Positions 28,591 to 42,377 are shown, counted from the first letter of the whole stretch. The stretch: DNA of 63,490 nucleotides, filler included, from Octopus bimaculoides (GCF_001194135.2; 5 parts of 5 records of this genome joined end to end with filler, not necessarily neighbours in it), one strand, 5' to 3'. Numbers and translations are program-made. Notes: a model not told the origin generated them from the letters alone.

Positions 28591-29840
28591 TTTATATATG
28601 TGCATAGACACACGTATACACACATTCACACGCACATTCATATATGTATTTATGCATGTGTATATGTATACAAATGCGCACATATATCCAAACATATATG
28701 CACCCACGCATATTTATGGTCACTTATGCATACACGCATATATACACATATACACTCGCAGAAAGACAGATAAGCAAATATTCACGAAAACCATTTCCAT
28801 GATAAATTGACGTTGTATATTGCTATTTTTTTTCTCTGCGCAGTAATTAAGTATTATGTCAATTATATCAATAAGAACATCGTAATTGTCTCCAATATAT
28901 ATATATATATACATACATATATATANNNNNNNNNNNNNNNNNNNNNNNNNNNNNNNNNNNNNNNNNNNNNNNNNNNNNNNNNNNNNNNNNNNNNNNNNNN
29001 NNNNNNNNNNNNNNNNNNNNNNNNNNNNNNNNNNNNNNNNNNNNNNNNNNNNNNNNNNNNNNNNNNNNNNNNNNNNNNNNNNNNNNNNNNNNNNNNNNNN
29101 NNNNNNNNNNNNNNNNNNNNNNNNNNNNNNNNNNNNNNNNNNNNNNNNNNNNNNNNNNNNNNNNNNNNNNNNNNNNNNNNNNNNNNNNNNNNNNNNNNNN
29201 NNNNNNNNNNNNNNNNNNNNNNNNNNNNNNNNNNNNNNNNNNNNNNNNNNNNNNNNNNNNNNNNNNNNNNNNNNNNNNNNNNNNNNNNNNNNNNNNNNNN
29301 NNNNNNNNNNNNNNNNNNNNNNNNNNNNNNNNNNNNNNNNNNNNNNNNNNNNNNNNNNNNNNNNNNNNNNNNNNNNNNNNNNNNNNNNNNNNNNNNNNNN
29401 NNNNNNNNNNNNNNNNNNNNNNNNNNNNNNNNNNNNNNNNNNNNNNNNNNNNNNNNNNNNNNNNNNNNNNNNNNNNNNNNNNNNNNNNNNNNNNNNNNNN
29501 NNNNNNNNNNNNNNNNNNNNNNNNNNNNNNNNNNNNNNNNNNNNNNNNNNNNNNNNNNNNNNNNNNNNNNNNNNNNNNNNNNNNNNNNNNNNNNNNNNNN
29601 NNNNNNNNNNNNNNNNNNNNNNNNNNNNNNNNNNNNNNNNNNNNNNNNNNNNNNNNNNNNNNNNNNNNNNNNNNNNNNNNNNNNNNNNNNNNNNNNNNNN
29701 NNNNNNNNNNNNNNNNNNNNNNNNNNNNNNNNNNNNNNNNNNNNNNNNNNNNNNNNNNNNNNNNNNNNNNNNNNNNNNNNNNNNNNNNNNNNNNNNNNNN
29801 NNNNNNNNNNNNNNNNNNNNNNNNNNNNNNNNNNNNNNNN

Positions 29841-29908
<68 letters not shown>

Positions 29909-30602
29909 GTCTGTCTGTGTCTGTGTCCGTGTGTGTGTAAACTGATTTTATTTTATACTGCGAATGCATTAAATAACATTGATTGCCTTGTTAGTTAATT
30001 AAAACATTTAGGTTGTTTTGGAATAATTGTTTTTTTTTTTTATCACGATTATATCTGGTTGTGATGGTGACGAGAAAGATGGCTGTGGAATCTTAACTGG
30101 AAAGGCAATGGGAGTAATGGCCGCACAAATGTCAGTGGAACCGGTATTGCTTCAAGTGGGATGAATTTATGGGATCGGCGGTGATTAAGGAATACTTTAA
30201 ACTAGAAGTGATGTTACATTACAATTTAATCTTTTGTATTATTATTCGTAGGCAGTATTGTAATGATGTTGGTTGTGATGGTGGTGACTGGTGTGGTGGA
30301 ATTGTAGATGGTTGTGGCTGTGACCGTGGCGATGTGGTGATAGTGGAAACGGTAGTGGTCGCCATAGCGATGTTGGTGATGACGGTAGTGGTGAGGCTGG
30401 TGGAGGAGATTGTGGCGATTGTGATGATCTTGATGGTTATGAAGGATGGGTTGTTGATGTTGATGTTGATGATGATAGCTGTGATTGTTGTGGTTGTTGC
30501 TTTTGTTGTTGTGTTGGTTGTGGTGATACGGGTGACGGCCATGTCGGCAATGCCGCTGATGGTACCGATGTATTAGATGATAATGTAGAAAGAAAAATGT
30601 TT

Positions 30603-30965
30603 CATTTATGGCGATCCAGTTGATGATTCTGTAGACCAATTCTTGCAGAGAAGAGTCGATGACATTGATTCATGATAATAAAATTGGTGGAGGACGAGAT
30701 TGATTTTGTCGAGCACTTCCCTCCTGTCATTTGATTTCTTTCTTTTTCTCTCCCAGCGGCTTCAGAATGTTTGGTGTCGATGGGGATGGAACAAGTCCAC
30801 TTAATACGGTCTCAGGTTTGTGTTTCAAACGATTTAGGCTCAATTCTAGTGCATTTCAGTGTTGCTCTCAGCTGGTCCCAACTCTTCGAAAAGGGCAACC
30901 TGAAGCGAGCACATAGATTGAGGGCAACCTCAAGCGAGCACATTAATTGAGACTTTCGATTAACC
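30603..30965 (-). mobile_element. RTE-clade LINE 3' end
   Basis: SWDQLRATLKCTRIEPKSFETQT*DRIKW...CHRLFSARIGLQNHQ, the RTE C-terminal zinc-finger motif. A CAT/CAC-rich tail follows on the minus strand. Confidence 0.75.
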
Positions 30966-33900
30966 TGTTCAAACACACGTCCTCATAGTTGAATATATAT
31001 ATATATATTGTCTATATCTCGATCGCAATTAACACAAGATTATCGAAGACGGTTCGGGGTGATTTTCAAAATACAAGGTCTTAGCAATTGAAATAAGTAG
31101 GATGTCGGGCGTAGAAGTAAAAAGAGTACCAAATATCACTGAAATTGTAGTATAAGGTATGAAGAAAACATTAGGAACCACACAATGAGTGTCAGCATTA
31201 CTATTAATCCCAAATATTGAGAAAAATTTGGTCTTTTTCAAGACGTGTTCTATGTAGTACCACAAATCACCTCGCTCTTAACAATACAGGTAATACCTTA
31301 TGAAATAATAGAGCCAAGAAAATAACAAGACGTAAAACCTATTCTAAGACATTATCAGCAAATAAAAAAAAAGCACAATGTATAGTGTACATGTTCAATA
31401 TCAAATAAAGTTTCAGAATACATACACTTTCCTGCTATAGTAGTAATAATACAACTCATAAGTTATAAAAGCGCCATTACAAACCATACAACACGTGCTC
31501 TTCATAATAACTGATGAAATTCAAACATAGTATAGTAATGACACAGCACATACGAAGCGAAGACATGATCTATTAAACTAAAATAGATTCAACGCAGCAT
31601 ACAGAATACTAAATTAACACCAGAAACAGAAAGATCAAAATCCAAAACCAACTCGAACGGATGTGTTGTATAAACAATACAAATATAATTTTACATTCTG
31701 AAAAGACAATGCTGCAAGCCTTTCAAATCGTCGGATGTTCATCTGTTTGTCAGAGAACACAAAATAGAACTTTTGAAAGCGTGATAATTGTCTTTTCTTT
31801 AATATTCCACAAGGTCATGGCTTGAAGGAACAAAGTGGTGAGAGTTTGTATGGTATCATGTGCAAGCAAGTAAGAAAAGCAACATTTCTGTAATGCAAAA
31901 CGGCATGAACCATTACTATGGCATGACATCCGCCTCGTACTAATCCAGTTAACCATTGAATTGGTCTTTCGAAACTTTATCTTCCGTCTTATACATACGC
32001 GTTGAAAGCAGGCGTGTTCATAAGGACCCTATAGTCACTGGCTTTCAACAAACTGATTGTAGGACACTACTGTTCTTTACATATGGAAACTGAAGAGGTC
32101 GATAAAGGCTTGAAATCAAAGGAAAGTGTCTGTCAATCATGCAAACACTTGTGCCGCAACTATGGTCAATGGAAAACTGCCTGAACCTCTGTGCTAAGAA
32201 AGGTTTTGCTGATTTACATGCTTGGGCCTTGACCCCTGTCCCAGAACTTATGAGTGTCTGAAGAAGTTATTTCTAAGCATGAATTTCTCCTGGAAGATGT
32301 CTTTGTTCCTTTGGCGACAGAACCTCCGGATCATAGTACTCAATTCATTGATATTTTTCCATGTGAGCATCAGAAAACATACACTAGCCATTAATATATT
32401 ACATGCGGTCATGTTCACATTGCTAATGATTGTGTCTCAGACTAAGGTTAAACGCGATGACTATATCAAGCGAACATAGCATTGTGGATTAACTGTTGGA
32501 ATCATGGCCACAGCGAATTCATAATATTTGTATAGTAAATATTTGCATTCGATTTGTATACTACATAAGCATTTGTCCATAACCTAAATATTTTACATGT
32601 GTATACATAGCAAAAACTGCTAAAGGGTTTGTAAAGACATACAGAAAGCAAACCATGCATTTTACTGTAAACTACATTATGCATACACACACACATTCTT
32701 ACAAACATCACCACCTTATACACGAGCTCATATACATACCAAGGATGAGACTGAAATATTTCTCATTATAAAAACTGATTGAGTCACCAACGTCTGCTGA
32801 ATTAATTCATGTCAGATTGGCAACTGAATTCTGACAAAGATTCTAGAACACAAACATAAACATACAGAAAACAGTCTTCATGAATAAATATGATATAATT
32901 TAATAGGATCCTTGTTTACTATTTTGTATTTCCCTTTCTTGTTGTTTGTTATATTGTTTCAATGTAATTAATATCCCGCTACAACAGTTTTTATTTCATC
33001 ATTACACCATATTTTTTTCTCTCCATTTGTTTTAATCTAATCAAACAACACAGACAAAAATATCTTTTCGTCGTACAGGATTAGCGTAGGCGTTGTTACG
33101 TTTTTATATAATCTCTTGATGCTTTTAGTTTTCCTGTTTAGATCCCAAGTTATTTTGATCGAGCAAACACATCTTAAAATGAACCCCACCAGTGCGTATC
33201 AGGTCATTTTTATTATGCAAAGCTATATTTTCTGTGTCATTCTCCCTTTCTTTGAAAGACAGAAATTATTTCCGTTGGTGTGCCTCCAGTGTATTATCCT
33301 TGGGGCGACTCCGGTCAAATTACCGTTTCAGATGACTTAATTTCTTGTCTAGAAATGCACAGATTTAATCGATTTCTATTTGACTGGCCATCATCATTGG
33401 TGATATGCATCAAATGATTTAATCCATTAAAAAAATGAAAAATAAAAAAATAAAGCTTGTATATGATCACCACCTCAACGTCAAATCCCACCCTGGGTTC
33501 TTAAAATAATGTTACATTTTAAAATGTATCCTTTGATATACTACACGAGGACAAATGTCATAGTTGCCACTAATGTTGTTTCACTATAGTTCTCTTGTTT
33601 TTGCTGGTAAAGTGTTCCATTCATGAATATCTCGTATTATGTTCAAGTGCTGAGTATCTAGAAATACCAAATAAAGCGTAAGCTTCCCTTTTCAAGTCGG
33701 AATAAAGAGAAACTTACTGTTATTTGTAACAAACTGAGCAACATGCTTAATTGTTGGTTACATATCTGTTGTATTGGAGGAATAAATAATAACTGCAATA
33801 GAATTGTTCTGACAATGTTTCCTCAGAGACCCTAGAGGAGTAATTAATTGTCCGTAATCTCAAGAGGGCATAAATGGTTGTATGGGAGCACAATTTCATA

Positions 33901-33974
33901 CTCTGTTACTGACGTTATGGTTTCACAATCAACAAGACAACACTTACAGGGCTTCGTGAACAAAATGAATATTC

Positions 33975-34605
33975 TTTTCTACTCTAGGAACAAGGCCCGA
34001 AATTTTTGGGGAAGGCGTCAGTCGATTAGGTCGACCCCAGTATGCAACTGGTACTTAATTTATTGACTGACCTCGAAAGGAGAAATGCAAAGTCGACCTC
34101 GGTGGAATTTGACCTCGGTGGAATTTGAACGTAAGTACAAACGAGATACAGCAAAGTATTTTGCCTAGCATGGTAACGTTTCTTATTTCTTTATTGCACA
34201 AAAAGGTGCTACACATAGATGGGAAGAACAAGGACAGACTGAGCGATTAAGTCGATTATATCGACCCCGAATGGATGAAAGGCAAAATCGACCTCGGCGG
34301 GATTAAAACTCAGAACGTAAAAACAGACGAAATACCGCTAAGCATTTCGCTCAGCGTGCTAACGTTTCTTATTTCTTTACTGCCCATAAGGGGCTAAACA
34401 TAGAGGGGACAAACAAGGACAGACAAACGGATTAAGTCGATTATATCGACCCCAGTGCATAACTGGTACTTATTTAATCGACCCTGAAATGATGAAAGCA
34501 AAGTCGACCTCGGCGGAATTTGAACTCAGAACGAAGCGGCAGACGAGTACCGCTAAGCATTTCGCCCGGCGTGCTAACGTTTCTGCCAGTTCGCCGCCTT
34601 CAACA
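33975..34605 (-). mobile_element. Three tandem SINE family B copies
   Basis: Repeated gtcgattatatcgaccccag / aaagtcgacctcggcggaatttgaactcagaacg / gctaagcatttcgcccggcgtgctaacgtttc. Confidence 0.85.
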
Positions 34606-34753
34606 AAATAAATATTGCTACTTTAAATGCAGGCTGGACACACTTCAATGCTGGCTCATTCACATTACATATATTAAGGAGTATATGTATATATAATAAC
34701 AAATCTAGATTGGTGTGTTTTTCATTTTTACAGCAATGCACATATACAGATAT

Positions 34754-34868
<115 letters not shown>

Positions 34869-34884
34869 ACATACACATGTCTCA

Positions 34885-35100
34885 GTAGTTTAAGCGTCGG
34901 GCTCACAGTCATGAGGTAGTAATTTCGATTCCCGGGCTGTGTGTGCTGTGTTCTTGAGCAAAACACTTTACTCCACATTGCTGCAGTTCATTGAACTGTA
35001 GAAATGAGTTGCGACGTCACTGGTACCTAGCTGTATCAGCCTTTGCCTTTCACTTGGATAATATCGATGGCGTGTGGAGGGGACGTCGGTTTGATTATCC
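34885..35100 (+). mobile_element. SINE family C
   Basis: gcgtcgggctcacagtcatgaggtagtaatttcgattcccggg...tgtgttcttgagcaaaacactttactccac. Confidence 0.7.
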
Positions 35101-35379
35101 CCCTCCAAACTAATTCCAGGCATTGTGCCTATCGTACGAAGGATTATTGAAAACAGTTTAATTTGGTACCATTACAATTTCGCGGGTCTCTAACTCTTTC
35201 ACGATTTGATTACAGAATCGGTCACATGGTGACGAATCAAACTGTTTCAAAATAACCCTTTCTTCTATAGGTACAAAGCCCGAATTTTTGTACAACTGGT
35301 ATTTTCCTTATCGAGCCGAAAGGTTGGAAGTTGACCTCGGCAGAATTTGAACTCAGAGCGTAGTGATGGGCAAAATACC

Positions 35380-35417
<38 letters not shown>

Positions 35418-35877
35418 TGTGTGAGTGTATATATATATATGTATTAGTCCGCTGTAATTTTTTTCATTAATATTTCTCTTGCAGTTGCTTTTGCCCTTTG
35501 GCACATGTTATCTTTCTGTCGTTTCTTCTCTCACAAGTTTATTTCTTCTTTATGGGGAATGAAATTTTACTCACTTCCTGTTTACTATTGCTTAATTTCA
35601 AGTTTAAAAGACTGCGAATGTTTGTATATTGGACGCATTTTTTTAGAGTGGCGACAAAAATATTTTTGTGAATGGAACAAGGGACGATATAGAATATCAA
35701 GTTACAAATTATATTAAAATAGGATAGAAAGTCAATATTACGTGGAATTTGCTAAGCTATCACATATTGTGATCGATGTTATAATACATTGTTCAACTGA
35801 TTTGCATATTGATGGACTGAGAGCATAGAATACATCGCATGATTTTTGCAAATAGGAGTTAGTCGTAAATATATATA

Positions 35878-35921
<44 letters not shown>

Positions 35922-35929
35922 GAAGTATA

Positions 35930-36265
35930 TTTGCCACTTAAATGTGGTTGACCCCGAGGGGTGGATGTTACTGTTGCTTTTAGCCCTAGGAGGACATCTC
36001 CTCCAGCTGGCTATCGACACACATCTGTGTCCTGTCTGTATTTGCCAAGGGAAGTTATCTTTCCCATCTTGATCTACGATACGTACGTACTCGAGTTTCA
36101 GGGTTATTTCCCTTCTTCAGCGTACGACAATCGCCGACCTTCGATGCAAAAGATAATTCTTGGCAAATATATGTACCTTTTTCCAGTGAAATTATTCACT
36201 GATATCGAAAAAGTGAAAACAAGCAATGTTAAATCTCTGAACGAGGTATTAACAGTAACTGCACG
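35930..36265 (-). mobile_element. 336-bp hammerhead-bearing retroelement (solo PLE pseudo-LTR or retrozyme-like) with 15-bp TSD
   Basis: Flanked by the direct repeat ataaagtgaagtata (35915-35929 and 36266-36280), adjacent to (TA)n. Homologous to 63237-63490. Confidence 0.8.
36082..36126 (-). ncRNA. Minimal type-I hammerhead ribozyme
   Basis: The minus strand reads cgtacg-CTGAAGA-aggg-aaataa-ccct-GAAA-c-tcga-g-TA-cgtacg: intact core, 6-bp stem I, 4-bp stem II, palindromic loop III. Predicted cleavage is between 36088 and 36087. Confidence 0.88.
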
Positions 36266-36392
36266 ATAAAGTGAAGTATAGCTGCATCGTCGTCATCATT
36301 GTCACCTTCTCCTACATCCATCATGTTTGTTATTATCATCGTCGTTCACATAATCGTTGTCGTTGTCGTCGACATCGTCGTGGGCCTCGTTG

Positions 36393-36432
<40 letters not shown>

Positions 36433-37154
36433 TGAGGTTGCCTAAATATTCCATTCATAATCGACATCATCCTCATTGTAGTCCATTTCCGTCGTTGTCA
36501 TCATCATGGCAACGATCGCTAACTTCTTCATTCTCCGAGCATCACCAAAATCGACATCGTTAGCACAAGGTCGTAAAAACACAGAATTAAACATACCAAC
36601 GCACAGACACATAAACCAACCAACCAACCAACCAACCGACCAACGAACCACTGAACAAATATGCATGAAGTCACAAGAAAGAAACAAATGCGAAACTCCA
36701 TCCACCTCTTCTAACATTATGTTGCTAGGAAATAAATGCACGTTAATCCCCCATTTTGACGGCGATCAGACGTAATCTGTTCTTTGTTGATGATGAAATG
36801 TTATTTTATTTTATACTTTATTGTTTTTGTTTTTTTTTAATATTTCATTTCATTTTCAGTTTGTAAGATTAGGACACGTTGCGTTACCATTTGAAGGTTC
36901 CAGAATATACACAAGGCTGGTAGTGCAGGGAAGGAGTTGCGGTGGTATATTTGCATGGGAGAGTAGATGATGTGGTGGTGTAGGTGATGAGGCCTGTATG
37001 TGATGAGGGCGTTAGGTTGTGTACGGTAGGGGATGTAGAAGAGTCAGGGGTGCTAAGGTAATTCATGTTCCCGGTGTACTTTAGAGTTGCCGTCTTTATT
37101 CAAAGACAAATTAATGCATGCAATGAACATGAACAAGCATTAAAACACAACGAC

Positions 37155-37173
37155 AACATAAACAACAACAACA

Positions 37174-37227
<54 letters not shown>

Positions 37228-37295
37228 GCTGCTGCTGCTGTTGCTGCTGCTGCTACTACTACTACTGCTACTACTACTACTACTACTACTACTAC

Positions 37296-37391
<96 letters not shown>

Positions 37392-37400
37392 TAATAATAT
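37155..37400. repeat. (CAA)n-(CTA)n-(CTG)n-(TAA)n compound microsatellite
   Basis: Directly visible. Confidence 0.95.
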
Positions 37401-38200
37401 CATTACTAACTGGTTCTTCCGTCGTCGCTGTCGGTCGGCATGCACCTGCCTTTCCGGGTACCGAGCTGCAAAGCAACTAACTTCACCTGTCACCGCTTCG
37501 AACTCCATTAAGGCAGTATCGATCACCTCGATTTCCCAGGTGTTAAACACTATGACGGTGACGTCGTCTGCATAAACCTACACAAATCTTCCGCATCCAA
37601 GTTCACACAGGATGCCCTTCTATACATCCAGCTTCCGTACCAATGGATCGAGAAGGAGCACGTACAGAAGGAACAAGAGTAGGCAGCATTGATGTAACGA
37701 ATTTGCGATGCTAAACGATTCCGATAGGTGACCGCTCACTTTGACCAACGAAAGATGTCGCTGTACATTGCAGCGTTCCAGCCTCTGAAAACGGGACCGA
37801 AACCGGCCGCCTTGAGGATAGCCTCTAAGACTGGGATTTTTTATTCATTCATATTGATCAGTCCTAACTTATGCCAGTTTCCTTACCTACCCTCTTTATG
37901 ATGTAACACCTCAGGTGAAGGTTGTCGTGGATAGAACACTTTCGAATAGCGTTTGTTTGCGCCTCACCGACCAACTTTATTTGAGTCCCTTCTCAACTGC
38001 GGCGCTATGTCAAGGATCATAGCACTGGGAATTCACGCTGCATGTTGTAGTAAGCATCAACCAAAAGATCGCCAAAAACGTCTGGCATTTGAAAAATGAG
38101 TCTTCAAGCGCAGACTATGAAACCACGTTGACTTCTCCCTTTTTCAGGTAAACATCGCACCCAGAATTTTTTCGGCTGTAATCGGCGTTTTTCAGAAATT
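37400..38200 (-). mobile_element. L1/Tx1-clade LINE RT fragment, decayed
   Basis: IHDNLHL; LEAILKAAGFGPVF; YADDVTVIV; EFEAVTG. Confidence 0.8.
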
Positions 38201-39531
38201 CGCATCGCGAACTGAAAGGTGCAGCATGCTATCGAGGTATGGGGTGACATCCATACTCGTCTCCAACTTACTGCACGCTCACACAGTGAGTGGTTTACTT
38301 AGGCCGTGTAAAATCAGTGATCACAAATGAAGATCATCAAAATCTCAAACAAAGAAATCACGCAATAAAAGGGATGCCACAGTTATGCCAAATAAGTAAT
38401 GACCATACAACTTCAATGAAATCTTCTCTCCCCCAGCTGCAGTGTCTCTCTTTATAGGACTATGCTCAAATTTGGTGTCGTCACTCATACATGTGCGCTA
38501 CTCTTACCGAACGTTCAACTAATTTCCTGGCACCTGCATTGCTACAATTACATTCCTTTCGATGTGAGACGTAACTAAGGTGTCTTCATTTCAAAACGTA
38601 CTGAAGGTTTCTTCAGTCCTTTGTGTCTCGTCCAACACATAACCACTTTTCCAATATCCACTTCGGAGAAAAATCCCCTGCTATTCTCGATGAAAGAAGA
38701 TAGATGGAGCAATATTCGACATGGACTCATCTGATAATAGGATCCCTCCAACAGCTATTTCGGAAAACTCAATTGATAAATAATGCTAGTTCACAGACTA
38801 AGAACAAAGAACTCGTAGTTTGTTAGTTTTTCAAAAGGCTGAAGAATTTAGTTCAACATGAAAAGCTGTTTTATCCTTTCAAAATGGCTTCATCTCGAGT
38901 ACTCTTCTGTTATGTCTGTACTGTTTTCGTTGTCTTAACGACATTGTTTCAACATTGCTAACTTTGTATCCCTCTCCATTGCCACAATGAAGAGGGATAA
39001 ATGCAGATGGGGGTTACTGTTCAAGCTTAAGCTCTTCTTTCAACATTCACTGCTGGACTCAGCGTCAGAATGGATCATGAAGACACGTAAATCTATTTAC
39101 TTTCTATCCGAATGTATCACTAAAAAAAAAGAAAAATGGAAAAACGTCAGATTTAACCACGTCTGTCTCTTACGCTTTACATCATACGACTCTGCATATC
39201 ACCGTGGCATGACTAATCTCTCTGTGACACAAAAGAATAAGTATATTATGATTGCATACATATGTTAATATCTTTCCTGCTCGTGTAAGAAGTACTGAAT
39301 TTCGTCACAAGGCACTGTCTTGAAAACTCACTTTATCAAAATATTGATGTTCCAATTTACATTAACAAAAGACGAAACCAGTTCTTCTCTGGCATTTGAT
39401 TCGTTATCATGAGTTTAGAAAGCTCGTTTGTTTGTTTATGTATGCGTATGTATGCATGCATGTATGCTTGTGTGCAGCTTTGTGTGTTTGTGTACGTATG
39501 TGTGAGTGTGTGTGTATGTGTGTGTGTGTGT

Positions 39532-39572
<41 letters not shown>

Positions 39573-39959
39573 CTTGTCTGAGTTTTGGATTTGCTGCTTA
39601 TTATCTTAGCAAAATTATTAATGATCATATTAATGATCACACTTTCGATTATAACTAATTATTTCTTTTTTTCTTTTAAAACTGTAGTTTTGATCCATAT
39701 TTACATACACTTTTCCTTTTGTATGTGGTTATCCTTACTTTTATTTTATTTCTTGTCTTTTTTTTCCTAAGTTTTGTTGCCATATTGTATATGTATATAT
39801 GCAACTAACAAAGACATAAAATACATTTTTCTTTTGCAAAAAATTATTAGTTCCAACCCCGTATATGCAGAGGAGTTTATTCACCGATTGTTCTCTGCAT
39901 GGCATTAAAGTAAAAATAGAAAAATAAATAAAAACAGAAGTTTAACCACAGAGTCGTAC

Positions 39960-40199
39960 GTGATAAAATTCCATCGTTTTGAAGAACGATTTGAAAAGGG
40001 TGCACCTTCCTTTTTTGTTTAACAATGAGATGCATTCCAGGGAGTTTTTGCTGATGGATCCAGTAGCTCGTGTAGGCACATTGGGACTACTTTGTTTGCC
40101 CCAATCTCCTTGGTGTAGAGAATTGATGTTATTCGCAATGTTTTCAATAGTGTGAATAGAAATCCCGTCAGGATCTACTTTGCGATTCATTCCATTCAA
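39960..40199 (-). CDS. Candidate internal coding exon, 80 aa (LNGMNRKVDPDG...KTMEFYH), product unknown
   Basis: Acceptor tattttattaaag at 40200 and donor CAC|GTACGA give a symmetric 240-nt phase 0-0 exon. It is non-repetitive and in frame with the candidate exon at 49110-49172. Confidence 0.35.
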
Positions 40200-41502
40200 C
40201 TTTAATAAAATATGCTCCAAAAATATATACAATAAAATCAATTTATTCAGCTATAATATTCTGCTGAAATGTGTGGCATCGACAAGTGCGCTATATCAAC
40301 ATGTTTATAATAATTATATTTTCTGATATTATAACAGTTTTAGTGTTGTTGTTGTAGTTATTATCATTATCATTATTATTATTCTTATTATTAGTATTTT
40401 CATCATTATTGCGTTTGTTATTGCTATGGTCATTCATATTATTACCCATGGAAATGGTGTTGAATTCTTCATACTTCATTCGTTGTATTAAATACATAAT
40501 ACTGTCAAATATATAATTACATACATACATACATACATACACATATAAATATACGGTTATATGTATATATAAATATATATATTTATACATATGTATGTTT
40601 ATATATATATATATATATATATATATNNNNNNNNNNNNNNNNNNNNNNNNNNNNNNNNNNNNNNNNNNNNNNNNNNNNNNNNNNNNNNNNNNNNNNNNNN
40701 NNNNNNNNNNNNNNNNNNNNNNNNNNNNNNNNNNNNNNNNNNNNNNNNNNNNNNNNNNNNNNNNNNNNNNNNNNNNNNNNNNNNNNNNNNNNNNNNNNNN
40801 NNNNNNNNNNNNNNNNNNNNNNNNNNNNNNNNNNNNNNNNNNNNNNNNNNNNNNNNNNNNNNNNNNNNNNNNNNNNNNNNNNNNNNNNNNNNNNNNNNNN
40901 NNNNNNNNNNNNNNNNNNNNNNNNNNNNNNNNNNNNNNNNNNNNNNNNNNNNNNNNNNNNNNNNNNNNNNNNNNNNNNNNNNNNNNNNNNNNNNNNNNNN
41001 NNNNNNNNNNNNNNNNNNNNNNNNNNNNNNNNNNNNNNNNNNNNNNNNNNNNNNNNNNNNNNNNNNNNNNNNNNNNNNNNNNNNNNNNNNNNNNNNNNNN
41101 NNNNNNNNNNNNNNNNNNNNNNNNNNNNNNNNNNNNNNNNNNNNNNNNNNNNNNNNNNNNNNNNNNNNNNNNNNNNNNNNNNNNNNNNNNNNNNNNNNNN
41201 NNNNNNNNNNNNNNNNNNNNNNNNNNNNNNNNNNNNNNNNNNNNNNNNNNNNNNNNNNNNNNNNNNNNNNNNNNNNNNNNNNNNNNNNNNNNNNNNNNNN
41301 NNNNNNNNNNNNNNNNNNNNNNNNNNNNNNNNNNNNNNNNNNNNNNNNNNNNNNNNNNNNNNNNNNNNNNNNNNNNNNNNNNNNNNNNNNNNNNNNNNNN
41401 NNNNNNNNNNNNNNNNNNNNNNNNNNNNNNNNNNNNNNNNNNNNNNNNNNNNNNNNNNNNNNNNNNNNNNNNNNNNNNNNNNNNNNNNNNNNNNNNNNNN
41501 NN

Positions 41503-41503
<1 letters not shown>

Positions 41504-41585
<82 letters not shown>
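41504..41585. repeat. (GATA)n microsatellite
   Basis: Directly visible. Confidence 0.95.
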
Positions 41586-42131
41586 CGATGGTGCGTAGGA
41601 ATCAGGTTTATTTGTAATACATGCACGTCGTAGCATACAAAATGCATGGAAAAAAACTGGGAAAAGAAACAAAAACGACGGAAAGTAGGCTTCCGTTCCA
41701 TAGTTATTCATACAAACACCAGGTTCTTCGTTTGCCTCTTCATCCGCCTTTCGTTTTCGCTTTCTTATCTCTTCTCAAAACCCTTTTAAACAACCAATAT
41801 TTCAAACATACAAACATTCATGCATTGCACAGTTCGGCACTCGCTTGCAAGAACATATTCAAGCACAGGTACTTATGCAGAATTATCACATGACCACAGA
41901 AATAATTATTAACAGACATCCAAATGCATGTGAGTGTATATATATAAAACTATATGTGTGTGTGTTTGTGTGTGTGCGTGTATGTGTGTGTGTATGAGAG
42001 AGAGAGATAGTGTGTTTATACATAACATATGCATATGTAACATACATACAAATACATATACGCATTGAGGTATTCGTACATATACATATACAAACCTACA
42101 TACATCTATATATATATATATATATATATAT

Positions 42132-42231
42132 NNNNNNNNNNNNNNNNNNNNNNNNNNNNNNNNNNNNNNNNNNNNTTAATTAATTAANNNNNNNNNNNNN
42201 NNNNNNNNNNNNNNNNNNNNNNNNNNNNNNN
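42132..42231. other. Assembly gap spacer with TTAATTAATTAA linker
   Basis: 44 N + linker + 44 N. Confidence 0.9.
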
Positions 42232-42377
42232 GTATTTAGAATATTAATTGCGATTGTTTAATCGAAGAAATTTGGAATTGTGTAAATGTATGAATTTTAA
42301 ACATACACACACACACACACACAGAAAATCTGCCTTTTATAGTATATATATATATATATATATTAATATTATCTTGG

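Noticed and set aside
30731-30916. Plus-strand exon or ORF after the strong pyrimidine tract at 30730-30756
   Set aside because: The tract is the antisense of Lys/Glu/Arg codons in an RTE 3' end.
35961-36269. 102-aa plus-strand ORF
   Set aside because: It lies within the hammerhead repeat, and the second copy has indels that break the frame.
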